Part shown: positions 27,954 through 38,225 of the stretch, piece after piece
Layout of the letters: every line of letters starts with the position of its first letter
Position numbering within the stretch: the stretch's first letter is position 1
Origin: Candidatus Woesearchaeota archaeon
GTDB taxonomy: Archaea > Nanobdellota > Nanobdellia > Pacearchaeales > GW2011-AR1
DNA: 64,000 nt
NCBI GenBank assembly: GCA_964530945.1
Contig: CAZHCJ010000002.1
Span: 14,899 to 78,898 of the forward strand
Reading direction: 5' to 3'
Made by a program: the position numbers and the translations under genes
The notes under the pieces: generated by a model
Databases searched by the model: none
The model's input: only the letters and a program-made list of their open reading frames with translations
What the model was told of the DNA's origin: nothing

Positions 27954-29879
27954 TTATCTCTCTTTTCTCTGCAACTTTCTAACCGCATCTAAAACTCTTA
28001 TGTCTGGAGAAAGAATATAGACGTGGTCGTTAGGGCTGCGTAGAGCTCTATATATTCTCTGAAGGAATTCACGCCAGGCTTTGTCACGATAAAATTCCCA
28101 ATAGTAATCTTTATGTGTTTTTTGAAGAACTTTCCAAAAAGTATCGGACACGTTTGGATTGGGGTATTTTGTGAAAATTATTGAACGACAAATCTTGCCA
28201 GGGAAGTCTACACCACGAGAGCATTTAGTGCTGAATAATTTTTTTTGAACGCCTTGTTTGAAATCCGATACTGCCTTGCCTGTTTTATCTTCTCCTTGAG
28301 CAATTTTTATTTCTTCTACACTTGTTATGTGGTCTAAGTCAAAGAGTTCTTTTTCTTTTTCAGTAGGCAAATCTTTGTATGCAGTTACGTGGATTAGTGC
28401 AGGAATTTCTGCGGCTTTTATTGAGGCTGACAAAGCATCGAGATAATCTACGCGTTCTTTTTCTCCCGATTTGAATGTAGAATAACGACAATCAAATTCT
28501 TTTCCCGTCATTATTATTTCTGTTGAACCAAAGTTTAAATCTTCGGCGATAACTTTAGCAAAGTTTTCAATTTTGAATATATTTTTTATTATACTGTCGC
28601 TGTGAAGTGTGCCTGACATGAAAATAAGAGTTTTTGTTTTGTCTAAAAGGTCTTGGAACTTTCCAGAGATATCTGTACTTACAAGTTTAACAATTATGTT
28701 TTCTTCGTTACTATCCTCTTTCTTTTCTTTTCTGTATGTGAGGTAAAGTTTCTTCATTGTGTGTTTAAAATCTCTCGCTACCTCTAATGCGTTGTTCGCA
28801 TAGTTCATTTCATCGATAGAAATTTCTGCTTCAAGTTCATCGTTTGAAGTGAATTCTTCTAAAACATCTTTTATTTTTGTATCTTTAACATGTAGAACGG
28901 CATTTTTGTCTACTCCGATAGCTTTTTTATTTTGTAATTCCAATTCAATTAATCGTTTTATCTTGTCTAAGGAGCGTTGAGCTTTTGGAGATTCTGGATG
29001 TATCGTTTTTATATTTGAGAGCAAGCGTGTGAGGTTTAATTCATCTTGTTGGAAGAATTGATCCAAGAATTCGTCTGCTTCATCTATTATGTCTACTTCT
29101 GTTAAGGGTTTGCGTCCCATCACCATCTCAGTACGGTATTTTGCCGAATTGAAAATCATTGCGTCTGCATCAAGATAAGCTTCATATTGGTCATAATAAC
29201 TACAACCTGGTTTTCTATGGTAAAATACAAAAGTCTCTCCTGAAACCCCTTTGTAGCGTCTTTTACGTGCGTCTGTTAAGGTCTTTAACTCAAAACTTGA
29301 TGGTAAAATGGGGCTCCAGTAAGGGTTTGCTCCTGCGACTGCAGCACGTCTAAGATTATTCATGCTTATCCCTCTGTGATGGTCCATGAATGGGTTGTCT
29401 CTGACGTACTCTCTGATTCTATCTAAGTTTTTATCTACGAGTTTTATGTTCTCTGGCAATTCGAGGGAGGCACAGCTTTTTCCTGGAATAAAAACAGAGT
29501 CGTGGTTGTCTTTTCCAGTAATCATCGAAATTTTCATTTTTTTTCCATTAGTTTTTTTCAAATATTTGTCTTTTATGTAATCTTCTTCGTATTGTCTTTG
29601 TAAGGCTTTAACAGGCACCACTATAGAAGCTTTGCCAAGTGCACGAGCCACGTTTAACGCTATTGCACTTTTGCCACTACCACAAGTCCCGTGTAAGAAA
29701 ATTACTTTATACTCTTTAGTTTTTTCTAAAATCTCTTTGACAACATCTTCTTGAGTCTTTCCATTACTAAATTTTAATGGCTCTAAAGAGACATCTCCAC
29801 GGTATAAACTCCAATAGGGATTTTCAAAAATATCTAATGTTGGTTTATGATTTTGAATTTGCCTCTTTTTTTCTTTCAT
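27954..29879 (-). CDS. SF2 helicase of the Rad3/XPD/DinG family, apparently without the Fe-S domain
   Basis: Walker A FLHGTCGSGKSAIAL, DEAD-like IIDEADEF, C-terminal motif VI SRGVDFPGKICRSIIFTKYPNPN ... RALRSPNDHVYILSPDIRV typical of DinG/XPD; no 4-Cys cluster between motifs I and II. Confidence 0.6.
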   Translation of the reverse strand: MKEKKRQIQNHKPTLDIFENPYWSLYRGDVSLEPLKFSNGKTQEDVVKEILEKTKEYKVIFLHGTCGSGKSAIALNVARALGKASIVVPVKALQRQYEEDYIKDKYLKKTNGKKMKISMITGKDNHDSVFIPGKSCASLELPENIKLVDKNLDRIREYVRDNPFMDHHRGISMNNLRRAAVAGANPYWSPILPSSFELKTLTDARKRRYKGVSGETFVFYHRKPGCSYYDQYEAYLDADAMIFNSAKYRTEMVMGRKPLTEVDIIDEADEFLDQFFQQDELNLTRLLSNIKTIHPESPKAQRSLDKIKRLIELELQNKKAIGVDKNAVLHVKDTKIKDVLEEFTSNDELEAEISIDEMNYANNALEVARDFKHTMKKLYLTYRKEKKEDSNEENIIVKLVSTDISGKFQDLLDKTKTLIFMSGTLHSDSIIKNIFKIENFAKVIAEDLNFGSTEIIMTGKEFDCRYSTFKSGEKERVDYLDALSASIKAAEIPALIHVTAYKDLPTEKEKELFDLDHITSVEEIKIAQGEDKTGKAVSDFKQGVQKKLFSTKCSRGVDFPGKICRSIIFTKYPNPNVSDTFWKVLQKTHKDYYWEFYRDKAWREFLQRIYRALRSPNDHVYILSPDIRVLDAVRKLQRKER

Positions 29880-29985
29880 AGAATAATCAGTAGAAAAAAG
29901 GGTTTAAAATATTTTACATGGATTTAAACTAATTTTCACCTTTTTGAATATAAATTTTTAAAAAGCTAGAAATATTTTTTATAAG

Positions 29986-30276
29986 ATGAAGCGTTTGAAA
30001 GAGATAGTTACGCAGGGGAAAAGAGATATACGTATATTGGAAGACAACGAAGTTGCGAAAAACGAGATGCAAGAAGCATCTAACTTTAAGCTTCTTTGTG
30101 AAAATGGTTTTTCTGAAGAGGGGGCAAGAAAAAACTTAGTTATTAAAGCTTATGAAATGGAAGCAGATGCCATTTATATTGAACACGTAGGATACAATTA
30201 CGGGAATCAAATGCCTGGAAGAGAAAACAGCAGAAAAAAGTATAGGGCTAGCGGTGTTGCGATTTTTAACTCTTAG
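29986..30276 (+). CDS. hypothetical protein
   Basis: 96-aa ORF. Confidence 0.3.
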   Translation: MKRLKEIVTQGKRDIRILEDNEVAKNEMQEASNFKLLCENGFSEEGARKNLVIKAYEMEADAIYIEHVGYNYGNQMPGRENSRKKYRASGVAIFNS

Positions 30277-30318
30277 ATAGTCCAAAATATTTAAAAAAAC
30301 AGATTATAAATTTTTAAT

Positions 30319-30732
30319 ATGGGAAACGAAACAATTGAGAATATTAATGAGGAAAGAAAAGAGAAAGAAATGCAACAAGATGTAGAGCCTTCTCAAATAC
30401 CTCAAGTTCCACCTGAAGAAAGCGGGGTTCCTCAACAACCCGGAACACAAATCCCTCCTACGCAACAATCAGAAGAAGGGCAATCCCCAGTACATCAATC
30501 TCAACAAGTCCAACAAGAAGAATCTCAACAAGCTTTGACTCAACAGCAGCCTGGACAGATTCCTGCACTTCCCGAGAAATCAGAGGTTCAGATAGAGACA
30601 GAAAAAGATGCAGTTAGGGAAAAACAAGAAGAGAAAGTTCAGAAGGAATCACAAACTCAAGAGCAAAATGTTGAACAGCAATTACGAATGGAAGAACAAA
30701 CATCTCAACAGAACCAGGAAAGACAAGAGTAA
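30319..30732 (+). CDS. Gln/Glu-rich low-complexity (disordered) protein
   Basis: Q/E/P-rich throughout. Confidence 0.4.
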   Translation: MGNETIENINEERKEKEMQQDVEPSQIPQVPPEESGVPQQPGTQIPPTQQSEEGQSPVHQSQQVQQEESQQALTQQQPGQIPALPEKSEVQIETEKDAVREKQEEKVQKESQTQEQNVEQQLRMEEQTSQQNQERQE

Positions 30733-30865
30733 GGGCAAAATCAACAATTCAGAGAATGGAAAATTCTAGAAAACTTATATGTCAGAAGCTAAAAATAATC
30801 TTTCATAAAAAATTCTCCCCATTCTTTATATGTTCTAGGGGTATCATCAGATTTATATAATTTAT

Positions 30866-31792
30866 TTGTTTTTTAATAACATGAAGTGGAAAAAATTTCT
30901 AAGCTTTCTTTTCATTATTTTAGTTGTACTTTTACTTGGGATGTATTGGTTTGTTCCGAACCAAGAACTAGAATTCTTCTTTGCGGAAAGAAATTATAAT
31001 TTTTCAGTAGGAAATCTTTCAGGAGAGATGCAATTTTATGATAATATGCGTTTTCCAACGAAGGATATAACCTATAGAATTGAAGATTGCACTATTCAAA
31101 AAGAAAGTGAAATGGAGCGCGCTTTTGAGATAATTGAAAATGAAACTTCATTGAATTTTGATTCTGTTTCTGAGAAAGAGCAAATACATGTCACTTGTGA
31201 TAGTAAGACAAAACTTAATGGGGCTTTATACATTGCAGGCGAAGGCGGCCCGTCGAATATAACCAAATCTGGCGAGTTTAATGTTATTGAAGGAGGCAAA
31301 ATTCTTTTAATAAGAGAGTCTCGTTGTGATAAACCCATTGTTCCCTTGCACGAATTGCTTCATGTTTTGGGGTTTAATCATTCACAAAATGAGAATAACA
31401 TAATGTATCCTGTCAGCAAGTGTAAACAAACAATCGGACAGGACATACTGGATTTTATAGAAAAGATTTATGGCTATCCTGGCTACTCCGATTTATTTTT
31501 TGAGGATGCTTCGGCTTCTAGAAGCGGCACATATCTCAATATCAATTTTACGGTTAGAAATGGAGGTTTAAACAACGCTGAGAATTCTAGTGTTGTAATT
31601 TATGCTGATGATTCAGAAATAAAGAGGTTTGAGGTTGAAGAAATGGGTATAGGGGAAGGAAGAAATGTTATCCTTAGTAATATATTTAGTTTGAAAAGAA
31701 ACATAAATGAAATGCGTCTTGAGTTAGAATATGGAGGAAGTGAGCTGAGTAAAGAAAATAATGTTGCGTTGCTTGAAATAAAAAATAATTAG
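30866..31792 (+). CDS. membrane-anchored metzincin-type zinc metalloprotease
   Basis: N-terminal TM; HELLHVLGFNHS (HExxHxxGxxH) plus Met-turn-like NIMYP. Confidence 0.6.
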   Translation: MFFNNMKWKKFLSFLFIILVVLLLGMYWFVPNQELEFFFAERNYNFSVGNLSGEMQFYDNMRFPTKDITYRIEDCTIQKESEMERAFEIIENETSLNFDSVSEKEQIHVTCDSKTKLNGALYIAGEGGPSNITKSGEFNVIEGGKILLIRESRCDKPIVPLHELLHVLGFNHSQNENNIMYPVSKCKQTIGQDILDFIEKIYGYPGYSDLFFEDASASRSGTYLNINFTVRNGGLNNAENSSVVIYADDSEIKRFEVEEMGIGEGRNVILSNIFSLKRNINEMRLELEYGGSELSKENNVALLEIKNN

Positions 31793-31979
31793 AAAAAATT
31801 TTTAGATTTAGTCATCGAGTTCGAAATCTTCTAAATCTCGTTCGAAATCTTCTTCGTCTTCGAATTCATCGAAGTTTTTAGCCATTTTGGTCATCCACCT
31901 CGTTTTTATTAATTCAACTTTAAGAGATATACTTGTTTTTAAAGATTTCTATGACGAGAAATAAGGTTTTGTTGAAGGG

Positions 31980-32411
31980 TTAATTTAATCTTCTTATAGA
32001 ATCTTGAGTTGTCAAAGGAAGACCCAGAGGGCCAATCTCTAGAAGAGCGTTTCTTGGTTCAAAGAATTTCAATTCAATTTTTCCAAAAGAGCTATCTCCA
32101 AGACTCTTTTCAACTTTGACATGATGGATCGTTCCTCTTCTCACAAGATGCTCTTTATCAACAATTCTTAGAGTGTAAGGTTTAGAAGTGCCTACAAACC
32201 CATATCTCTCATTTCCCATCATTTCTCTTACTTCTTCTGGAGTTACTTCTCTGTAAGAAACTCCTTTATGTTCAAAAGACCCCATAGTGACTTTTCCTTG
32301 CCCGAGCGTTTTTTCATCTATGCTATCCATTAACTCCTTAATTCTTGATAAACCTTCATACGTGCCTGTCCAAGTTTTGGTAGAGTATCTTCTTCTTGCC
32401 GAAGTTCTCAT
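31980..32411 (-). CDS. hypothetical protein
   Basis: 143-aa ORF, R-rich N-terminus. Confidence 0.4.
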   Translation of the reverse strand: MRTSARRRYSTKTWTGTYEGLSRIKELMDSIDEKTLGQGKVTMGSFEHKGVSYREVTPEEVREMMGNERYGFVGTSKPYTLRIVDKEHLVRRGTIHHVKVEKSLGDSSFGKIELKFFEPRNALLEIGPLGLPLTTQDSIRRLN

Positions 32412-32496
32412 GAAGAAGAATGCACAATATCTTTTTTAAAAATTATTAATGTAAAAAGTATATGTTAAGATTTCAGAAAACTCTAAATTAAAAAAA

Positions 32497-32538
32497 GGAG
32501 GTCCGAAGACCTCCAAGGTGTCTTGCCGAAACAAGACA
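32497..32538 (-). terminator. two tandem hairpins with UUCG/CGAA-type loops followed (minus strand) by U7; putative terminator downstream of tRNA-Tyr
   Basis: GGAGGTC-CGAA-GACCTCC (perfect 7 bp) and TGTCTTG-CCGAAA-CAAGACA (7 bp); A7 precedes on plus, i.e. U7 follows on minus. Confidence 0.4.
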
Positions 32539-32628
32539 ATATATCTAGGATATTGCCATATTTAAGTGTTTTGTTTTTGCTTATGCGAACTTGCAGGAGT
32601 TTTTAGAAAATCAACAAGAGAAGAAAAA

Positions 32629-32831
32629 TCCCTCCACCAAGATTCGAACTTGGGATCTCCCGGGGACTGCGTTGTTTTTTGAACGTGCGAGTCTCGAAAG
32701 ATTGACTAATCAGGCTTCATAGAATTTCCCTTGTGGGAATCTCCACCCTAGTTTAACACTACAGCCAGGCGCTCTAACCATTGCTCCTTTTCCAGAGTTT
32801 TTACATCTAAAAAAGTCTGAGCTATGGAGGG
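32629..32831 (-). tRNA. candidate tRNA-Tyr (anticodon GTA) split by two introns: about 36 nt in the D-loop and about 95 nt after the anticodon
   Basis: Minus-strand 5' CCCTCCA TA GCTCAG[...]TGGTTAGAGC G CCTGG CTGTAG[...]C CCGGG AGAT CCAAG TTCGAAT CTTGG TGGAGGG A; C1-G72 pair and A73 are archaeal tRNA-Tyr identity elements; BHB motifs not verified. Confidence 0.5.
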
Positions 32832-32918
32832 ATTATTTTTGTTACCCACTTAGTTTTGGGTAATCCTTAAAGGTAAGGATAGAAAGAGAAGTTATTTAGG
32901 TTTTTTAAGGTTTTTTGT

Positions 32919-34319
32919 TTACCCTAAATCAACCTTATCAGAGTCCTTATCTTTTTCTATAGGTTCTGTTACAAAATAAGCACGGTTACTTTCTGATTCG
33001 TTTATATCTCCTTCACGTTCAAATATTGCCGTTGCTCTCGGAAGCGCAAATTTGCCCATGACTCCGACTTTAGAATAAATTATGTAACTTAGAACTCGAA
33101 CTTCTCCAGCTTCGAGTTTTTCAAAATTCCATTCTATTTTTTTAGATTTTTCATCAACTCTATCTGGTTTTTCCACTCCGAATTTATCGTAAATTTTTAC
33201 CAATGGAGGCAAACGGTCAATGACGTTTACGCGTTCAATGTATTTTTGAGATTTAAGCATTATAGTTACTTTAAGTGCAAATTCTCCTCCTTTAGATCTT
33301 ACGTGAGAGACCCTCTTTCTTATTACGAGATTTGTTCTAGAGTATTTCTTGACTATTATCACTATTGCCACAATAAACAAGATTAGTATGAATGGAAAAA
33401 GCCAGTTTGTTTGCACGTTTATTTTTAGTGATTCTCCTGGGTTTATTTCTCGGCTCCAGGTATAATAAATCTTGAAGCCTTGACGCTCAACATTATCTGG
33501 TTGAGGGCTCAAAGTGGTAAAAAGTCTTGAAATAATATTTTTCTTTATCGTTGTTTCAGATTCTACTATTGTGTTTCCTTTGTTGTTTTTTTCAATAATT
33601 TGATTGTTTATGAAAAATCCGTAATCCTGACGTGTTGTTGTTAGTAAATCTTTTTCTTCAAATTCAATAGTGCCTTCAATGTTTGTTGTCTCGCCATGAG
33701 TTTTTATTTCTGCGTTAAGAGTGTAGAATCCTGCCTTTAACTTTTTGAATTCTTCTTCATTTAAATCAAAATCAAAATCCACTCTTTCTTTTGGTCCTAA
33801 ATCAAAAGTTTCTTCAGTTTGGAAAAAAACACTCTCAAATTCTACTTTAGTTTCACCAAAATCAAAGTTTTTCAAATTTTGGAGATAGATACTTATCGTG
33901 TTGGAATCTATATCTACTTCGCTTGAGCCAACTTCAAAAGCATTTTCTAATGGAACAATCTCGAAAGTCAATCTCTCTTCTTGTTCTTCACCATCGTTTG
34001 CCTTTATATGATATGTGAATGTGTAAAATCCTTTTTTATCGATTTCGGAAATGGGTTTTATTTTAAGCTCAACATTTTCAGTTGCACCTTGGGGAATGTA
34101 AACAGTTCCTTTAGGAAACATCTCAAATCCCAAAAGATTGTAAAACTGAAAATTCTCGCTTTGTCCGAAATTCTTTATCTCTAGATTGAAGGTTGCCGGT
34201 TGGTTTAGTTCTTGTATTAACACACCTTTTTCTCCTATCTGTTCAACATTTAAATTTATTGCTATTACTGAAGGCAAAATTATTAACATACATAAAAACC
34301 ACACCAGTATTTTTTTCAT
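32919..34319 (-). CDS. cell-surface protein: signal peptide, large extracellular domain, C-terminal TM anchor and short cytoplasmic domain
   Basis: N-terminal ILVWFLCMLIILPSVIA; TM FPFILILFIVAIVIIV near residue 300; no recognisable catalytic motifs. Confidence 0.55.
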   Translation of the reverse strand: MKKILVWFLCMLIILPSVIAINLNVEQIGEKGVLIQELNQPATFNLEIKNFGQSENFQFYNLLGFEMFPKGTVYIPQGATENVELKIKPISEIDKKGFYTFTYHIKANDGEEQEERLTFEIVPLENAFEVGSSEVDIDSNTISIYLQNLKNFDFGETKVEFESVFFQTEETFDLGPKERVDFDFDLNEEEFKKLKAGFYTLNAEIKTHGETTNIEGTIEFEEKDLLTTTRQDYGFFINNQIIEKNNKGNTIVESETTIKKNIISRLFTTLSPQPDNVERQGFKIYYTWSREINPGESLKINVQTNWLFPFILILFIVAIVIIVKKYSRTNLVIRKRVSHVRSKGGEFALKVTIMLKSQKYIERVNVIDRLPPLVKIYDKFGVEKPDRVDEKSKKIEWNFEKLEAGEVRVLSYIIYSKVGVMGKFALPRATAIFEREGDINESESNRAYFVTEPIEKDKDSDKVDLG

Positions 34320-34416
34320 ATAAAATCAAAATAGAATTTCTATTTAAAGGTTTTTATAGTTAATCACTATGGACATCTATATAAATCATTTTATACTGTT
34401 TATACATGGATGAGGT

Positions 34417-34719
34417 ATGAGATTCATAAAATCTAAGGAACTAGAAAAACACATTGGGGAAAGAGTGTTTGTGGGAGACAGAAAGGGAAACATAGAGGAT
34501 TTTATTGATGAAAAAGATTCAGATGCAAAGTTTGGCATCTTGGGAAAAGATAATCTTGGGTTTTTTGTGGATGTTTGCGATTTCAATTCTTTAAGATATC
34601 CTTTAATAGGTATTAACAAAAAAGAGGAGATGGTAAGATTAGGAGATAGAGGAGTTGTGGGGTTGGAATATAGCAATGGTCAAATTATTTGTTATAATTA
34701 TAAATTCGATTTAGAGTGA
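34417..34719 (+). CDS. hypothetical protein
   Basis: 100-aa ORF. Confidence 0.3.
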   Translation: MRFIKSKELEKHIGERVFVGDRKGNIEDFIDEKDSDAKFGILGKDNLGFFVDVCDFNSLRYPLIGINKKEEMVRLGDRGVVGLEYSNGQIICYNYKFDLE

Positions 34720-34733
34720 TTATTTCTTACTTT

Positions 34734-35240
34734 CTAAGATTTTTTACCTTCTAAGTCTAACCATGCTTTCGCTTGCCCTAAGAACTGGTCGCACCCGTTT
34801 GCAATTTTGTCTTCCATTTCATCAACTCTAGATTTTATGACCCATTTCTCATAAATCCCTCTCAGAAATTTTTTCATTGCAGTCCCTTCAAACTTGTTAT
34901 CATAATCTTTTACTAAAATTCCTTTAACTTTGATTTTAACTGAACCTTGGTTTGTTCTTATTTTAACCCCCTCACGCATTGCTTCAACATTTTTCAAAGC
35001 TTTTGCTTCCATTATAATTTTCATCTCAAATTTGAAATAATCTGTCATTTTTCTAGAACCTTTCCATTCGGCTTTTATTTCTTTTTCATCACCCTTTATC
35101 TTTTCTTCATATTTCTCTTCTTCAACATCAAGCATTGTTTCATCTGTTAACCATTCATAGCAAAATTGATAGAAGTCTTTAAATGAAAATACACCTCCAT
35201 ATTTTATTTCGCTGGAGAAGATTGTGTCTTTCTCTGCCAT
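34734..35240 (-). CDS. hypothetical protein (start at internal ATG, MAEKD...)
   Basis: K/E-rich, no family recognised. Confidence 0.4.
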   Translation of the reverse strand: MAEKDTIFSSEIKYGGVFSFKDFYQFCYEWLTDETMLDVEEEKYEEKIKGDEKEIKAEWKGSRKMTDYFKFEMKIIMEAKALKNVEAMREGVKIRTNQGSVKIKVKGILVKDYDNKFEGTAMKKFLRGIYEKWVIKSRVDEMEDKIANGCDQFLGQAKAWLDLEGKKS

Positions 35241-35539
35241 TACTTTAAAAAAAGAATGACGATTTAAATATTTAACTAAACACACGAATGTTTTTAATCT
35301 TGAAATATTTTTAGTTTTAATGAAGTTAAGGGAAATTCTACTTTACGAGAATGGTTCTAAAAGAAATTTTTACGTTGTTTTATCTAGGGGTTTTTATGGC
35401 TGTTATGAGAATTTCCAAAATGGAGATAGAGACCATTTAGTAAGTTTTCCCATTTTAGATTTAGAAAGAATGGTTCTTGAAGAACTTTTTGGAGACGGAA
35501 AATCGGATGAAATATGGGTGATTAATTACGATAAATAAA

Positions 35540-36109
35540 TCATATCTCTGAACTGCAAGATTCACAAATTATTCTGCCATCAACTTTGTAAAGGATATCT
35601 GTTTCGCCACATTCTTCACATATGCCTTCGTGCATGAATTTTCTATGTTTTGCTTTTTCAATTCTTTTGAGTTTTTCTTGTTCTTCCCGGATTTTTGCAT
35701 ACTCTTCTAATTCAGGGTAAATCTCTGGTTGGAAGCTTAAAATATCTTTAACCGTGACAATTCCAATGAGCTTTTTTCCCTTGAGCACAACAGGAAGTCT
35801 GTCAAATTTCTTTTTTTCCATTTTGTTTACTGCATCTCTAATATCTGAGTCTGGTTTAATGGTCACGACTTTTTTTGCTGCGACTTGTTTTGCTTTGATG
35901 TTTTTCAAATCTTTTTTGGATTTTTTTACAATCGCCCATAAAATGTCTTTTTGAGAAAGGAAGCCCACGACTTTATTATCTTTATTGACTAAGATTAAGC
36001 TACCTACGCGTTTCTTAACCATTTTCTTAGAACATTTTAACAAGTCATCATCAGGATTTGCAACAACAGAGTCACGGGTCATAACATCTGCAACATGGAT
36101 TGTTTCCAT
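35540..36109 (-). CDS. CBS-domain pair protein with C-terminal zinc ribbon
   Basis: Two CBS repeats (VADVMTRDSVV..., GIVTVKDIL) and CEECGETD...CESC. Confidence 0.7.
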   Translation of the reverse strand: METIHVADVMTRDSVVANPDDDLLKCSKKMVKKRVGSLILVNKDNKVVGFLSQKDILWAIVKKSKKDLKNIKAKQVAAKKVVTIKPDSDIRDAVNKMEKKKFDRLPVVLKGKKLIGIVTVKDILSFQPEIYPELEEYAKIREEQEKLKRIEKAKHRKFMHEGICEECGETDILYKVDGRIICESCSSEI

Positions 36110-36578
36110 GTTTCATATAAGAATATGATGCTTATAAAGTTTATGAGGTTTTTGTGTATTCTATAATCTAAACCTTTTGATTTTGCCACAATAATCATCT
36201 TGAAAAATCTAGAAAACAGAGTTTCTTGACCCAAAAAATCAAAGCATTTTTTGAGTATTAGACAAAACCAAAACTTTATCACAATAATGTTTAAATAAGG
36301 AACACTGATTATTTTAGTTATGGGTGTAAGTATATGTCCTCGTGCCAATTCTTGTAGGGCTTACAGTTTTTATAAAGTTTTTACTGGGGATGAAACAAAT
36401 GGAAATGTTTTGAAGAGAGACGAACGTGGCCATTATAATTGTAGAGCGTTGGAAGTTGCTAGAAGCACAACTTCTGATAAATCGATAAAGTGTCCCGGTT
36501 ATCTAAAGAGCATAAATAAAGAGATTTTGAGTGAAGGAGGAGGTTTAGTATGGTTAATGGGGGGCTCGACGACTTAAA

Positions 36579-38219
36579 ATGGCAGATAAACCAGTAGTTT
36601 TGATGCCTGAAGACATCCAACGCATTATGGGAAAAGATGCTCAGAGAAACAATATTTTAGCGGCTAGAATGGTTTCAGAGATAGTCAAAACAACACTTGG
36701 GCCTAGAGGAATGGATAAAATGCTTGTTTCTCCTACTGGTGAGATAATTGTTACGAATGATGGAGTCACAATTCTTAACGAAATGCAAATTGAACATCCT
36801 GCCGCAAAGATGATGGTTGAAATTGCCAAAACTCAAGAATCAGAGGTTGGAGATGGTACTACGACCGCTGTTATGCTTGCAGGAAAATTACTTGAAAATG
36901 CAGAGAAGTTGCTTGATAGTAAAATACATCCTACTGTTATAACGAAAGGTTATCGTATGGCTGCTGAAAGACTTCAAGAAATACTTAAAGATGTTTCATT
37001 GAAAATTACTCCTGAGGATGAAGATGTTCTAAAACAAATAGCAATGACTGCTATGACCGGAAAAGGAGCTGAAGATTCAAGAGAGCATTTTGCGACGATA
37101 ATTGTCAATGCTGTGAAACAGATTAGAGAGCAAGGAAAAATTGATTTAGATAACATTAAAATTGAAAAATCTAAAGGAGACGGGATAAAAGACACTGAGT
37201 TAATCACAGGCATAGTGGTTGATAAGGAGCGAGTTTCTAAAGATATGCCTAGAGTCATTGAAAATGCCAAAATTGCAATGATTGATTTTCCTTTAGAATT
37301 GAAAAATCCTGAAATTGAAACAAAAATTTCAATTACCTCACCAGACCAATTAAAGAGTTTTTTGGCTCAAGAGGAAACTGAGATAAAAGAACTCATAGGA
37401 AAAGTTAAAGAATCTGGGGCGAATGTTGTTTTTTGTCAGAAAGGAATAGATGATTTCGCACAATATCTTTTATCTAAAGAAGGTATTTATGCTATAAGGC
37501 GAGTAGCAAGAAGCGATATGGAAAAACTTGCAAAAGCAACCAGTGGAAAAATAGTTTCAAATATTTCAGAGTTGACTCCTTTTGAGTTAGGGAATGCAAA
37601 ACAAGTTGAAGAGGTGAAACACGGTGAGGATACGCTTACTTATGTTAAAGGTTGTGAAAATCCTAAAGCTTTAACTATTCTTATTCATGGAGGGACGGAC
37701 CATGTTATAGACGAAATTGAGAGAGCTATAAGAGACGGATTGGGGGACGTTTCTTGCGCTTTGGAGTCTGGCTTGGTTGTAACAGGAGGTGGGGCAATAG
37801 AAATTGAACTTGCTAAACGTCTCCGTGAATTTTCTCAGGGTTTAAGTGGCAGAGAACAACTAGCTGTAGAAGAATTTGCCTCTGCTCTTGAATTCATACC
37901 CATTACGTTGGCCGAAAATGCTGGCTTAGACCCTATAGATATTCTTACAGAACTCAAAGCGAAACACGATTCAGGGGAAAAGAATGCTGGGCTGAATTTA
38001 TTTACCGGGAAAATTGAAAATGTTCTTGAGGCACGTATCGTAGAGCCATGGAAGATAAAAAGTCAGGCAATAAATTCTGCTAGTGAAGTAGCCATAATGA
38101 TTTTAAGAATTGATGATGTTATTGCTTCAAACGACGGAAGTAGTAGTGGTGCGAGAAAAGGTCGTTTAGCCGGTAGGGGTCAGGGTGCAGGTATGCCTGG
38201 AATGTATGATGAGTTTTAA
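36579..38219 (+). CDS. ths: thermosome subunit (group II chaperonin)
   Basis: [13 protein letters not shown]-binding GDGTTT, C-terminal Gly/Met tail [13 protein letters not shown]; 546 aa. Confidence 0.92.
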   Translation: MADKPVVLMPEDIQRIMGKDAQRNNILAARMVSEIVKTTLGPRGMDKMLVSPTGEIIVTNDGVTILNEMQIEHPAAKMMVEIAKTQESEVGDGTTTAVMLAGKLLENAEKLLDSKIHPTVITKGYRMAAERLQEILKDVSLKITPEDEDVLKQIAMTAMTGKGAEDSREHFATIIVNAVKQIREQGKIDLDNIKIEKSKGDGIKDTELITGIVVDKERVSKDMPRVIENAKIAMIDFPLELKNPEIETKISITSPDQLKSFLAQEETEIKELIGKVKESGANVVFCQKGIDDFAQYLLSKEGIYAIRRVARSDMEKLAKATSGKIVSNISELTPFELGNAKQVEEVKHGEDTLTYVKGCENPKALTILIHGGTDHVIDEIERAIRDGLGDVSCALESGLVVTGGGAIEIELAKRLREFSQGLSGREQLAVEEFASALEFIPITLAENAGLDPIDILTELKAKHDSGEKNAGLNLFTGKIENVLEARIVEPWKIKSQAINSASEVAIMILRIDDVIASNDGSSSGARKGRLAGRGQGAGMPGMYDEF

Positions 38220-38225
38220 GAAGAG

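Noticed and set aside
36320-36577. 85-aa Cys-containing ORF ending 1 nt before the thermosome start
   Set aside because: It contains the thermosome SD within its 3' end and has no recognisable fold; could be a real leader peptide but evidence is insufficient.
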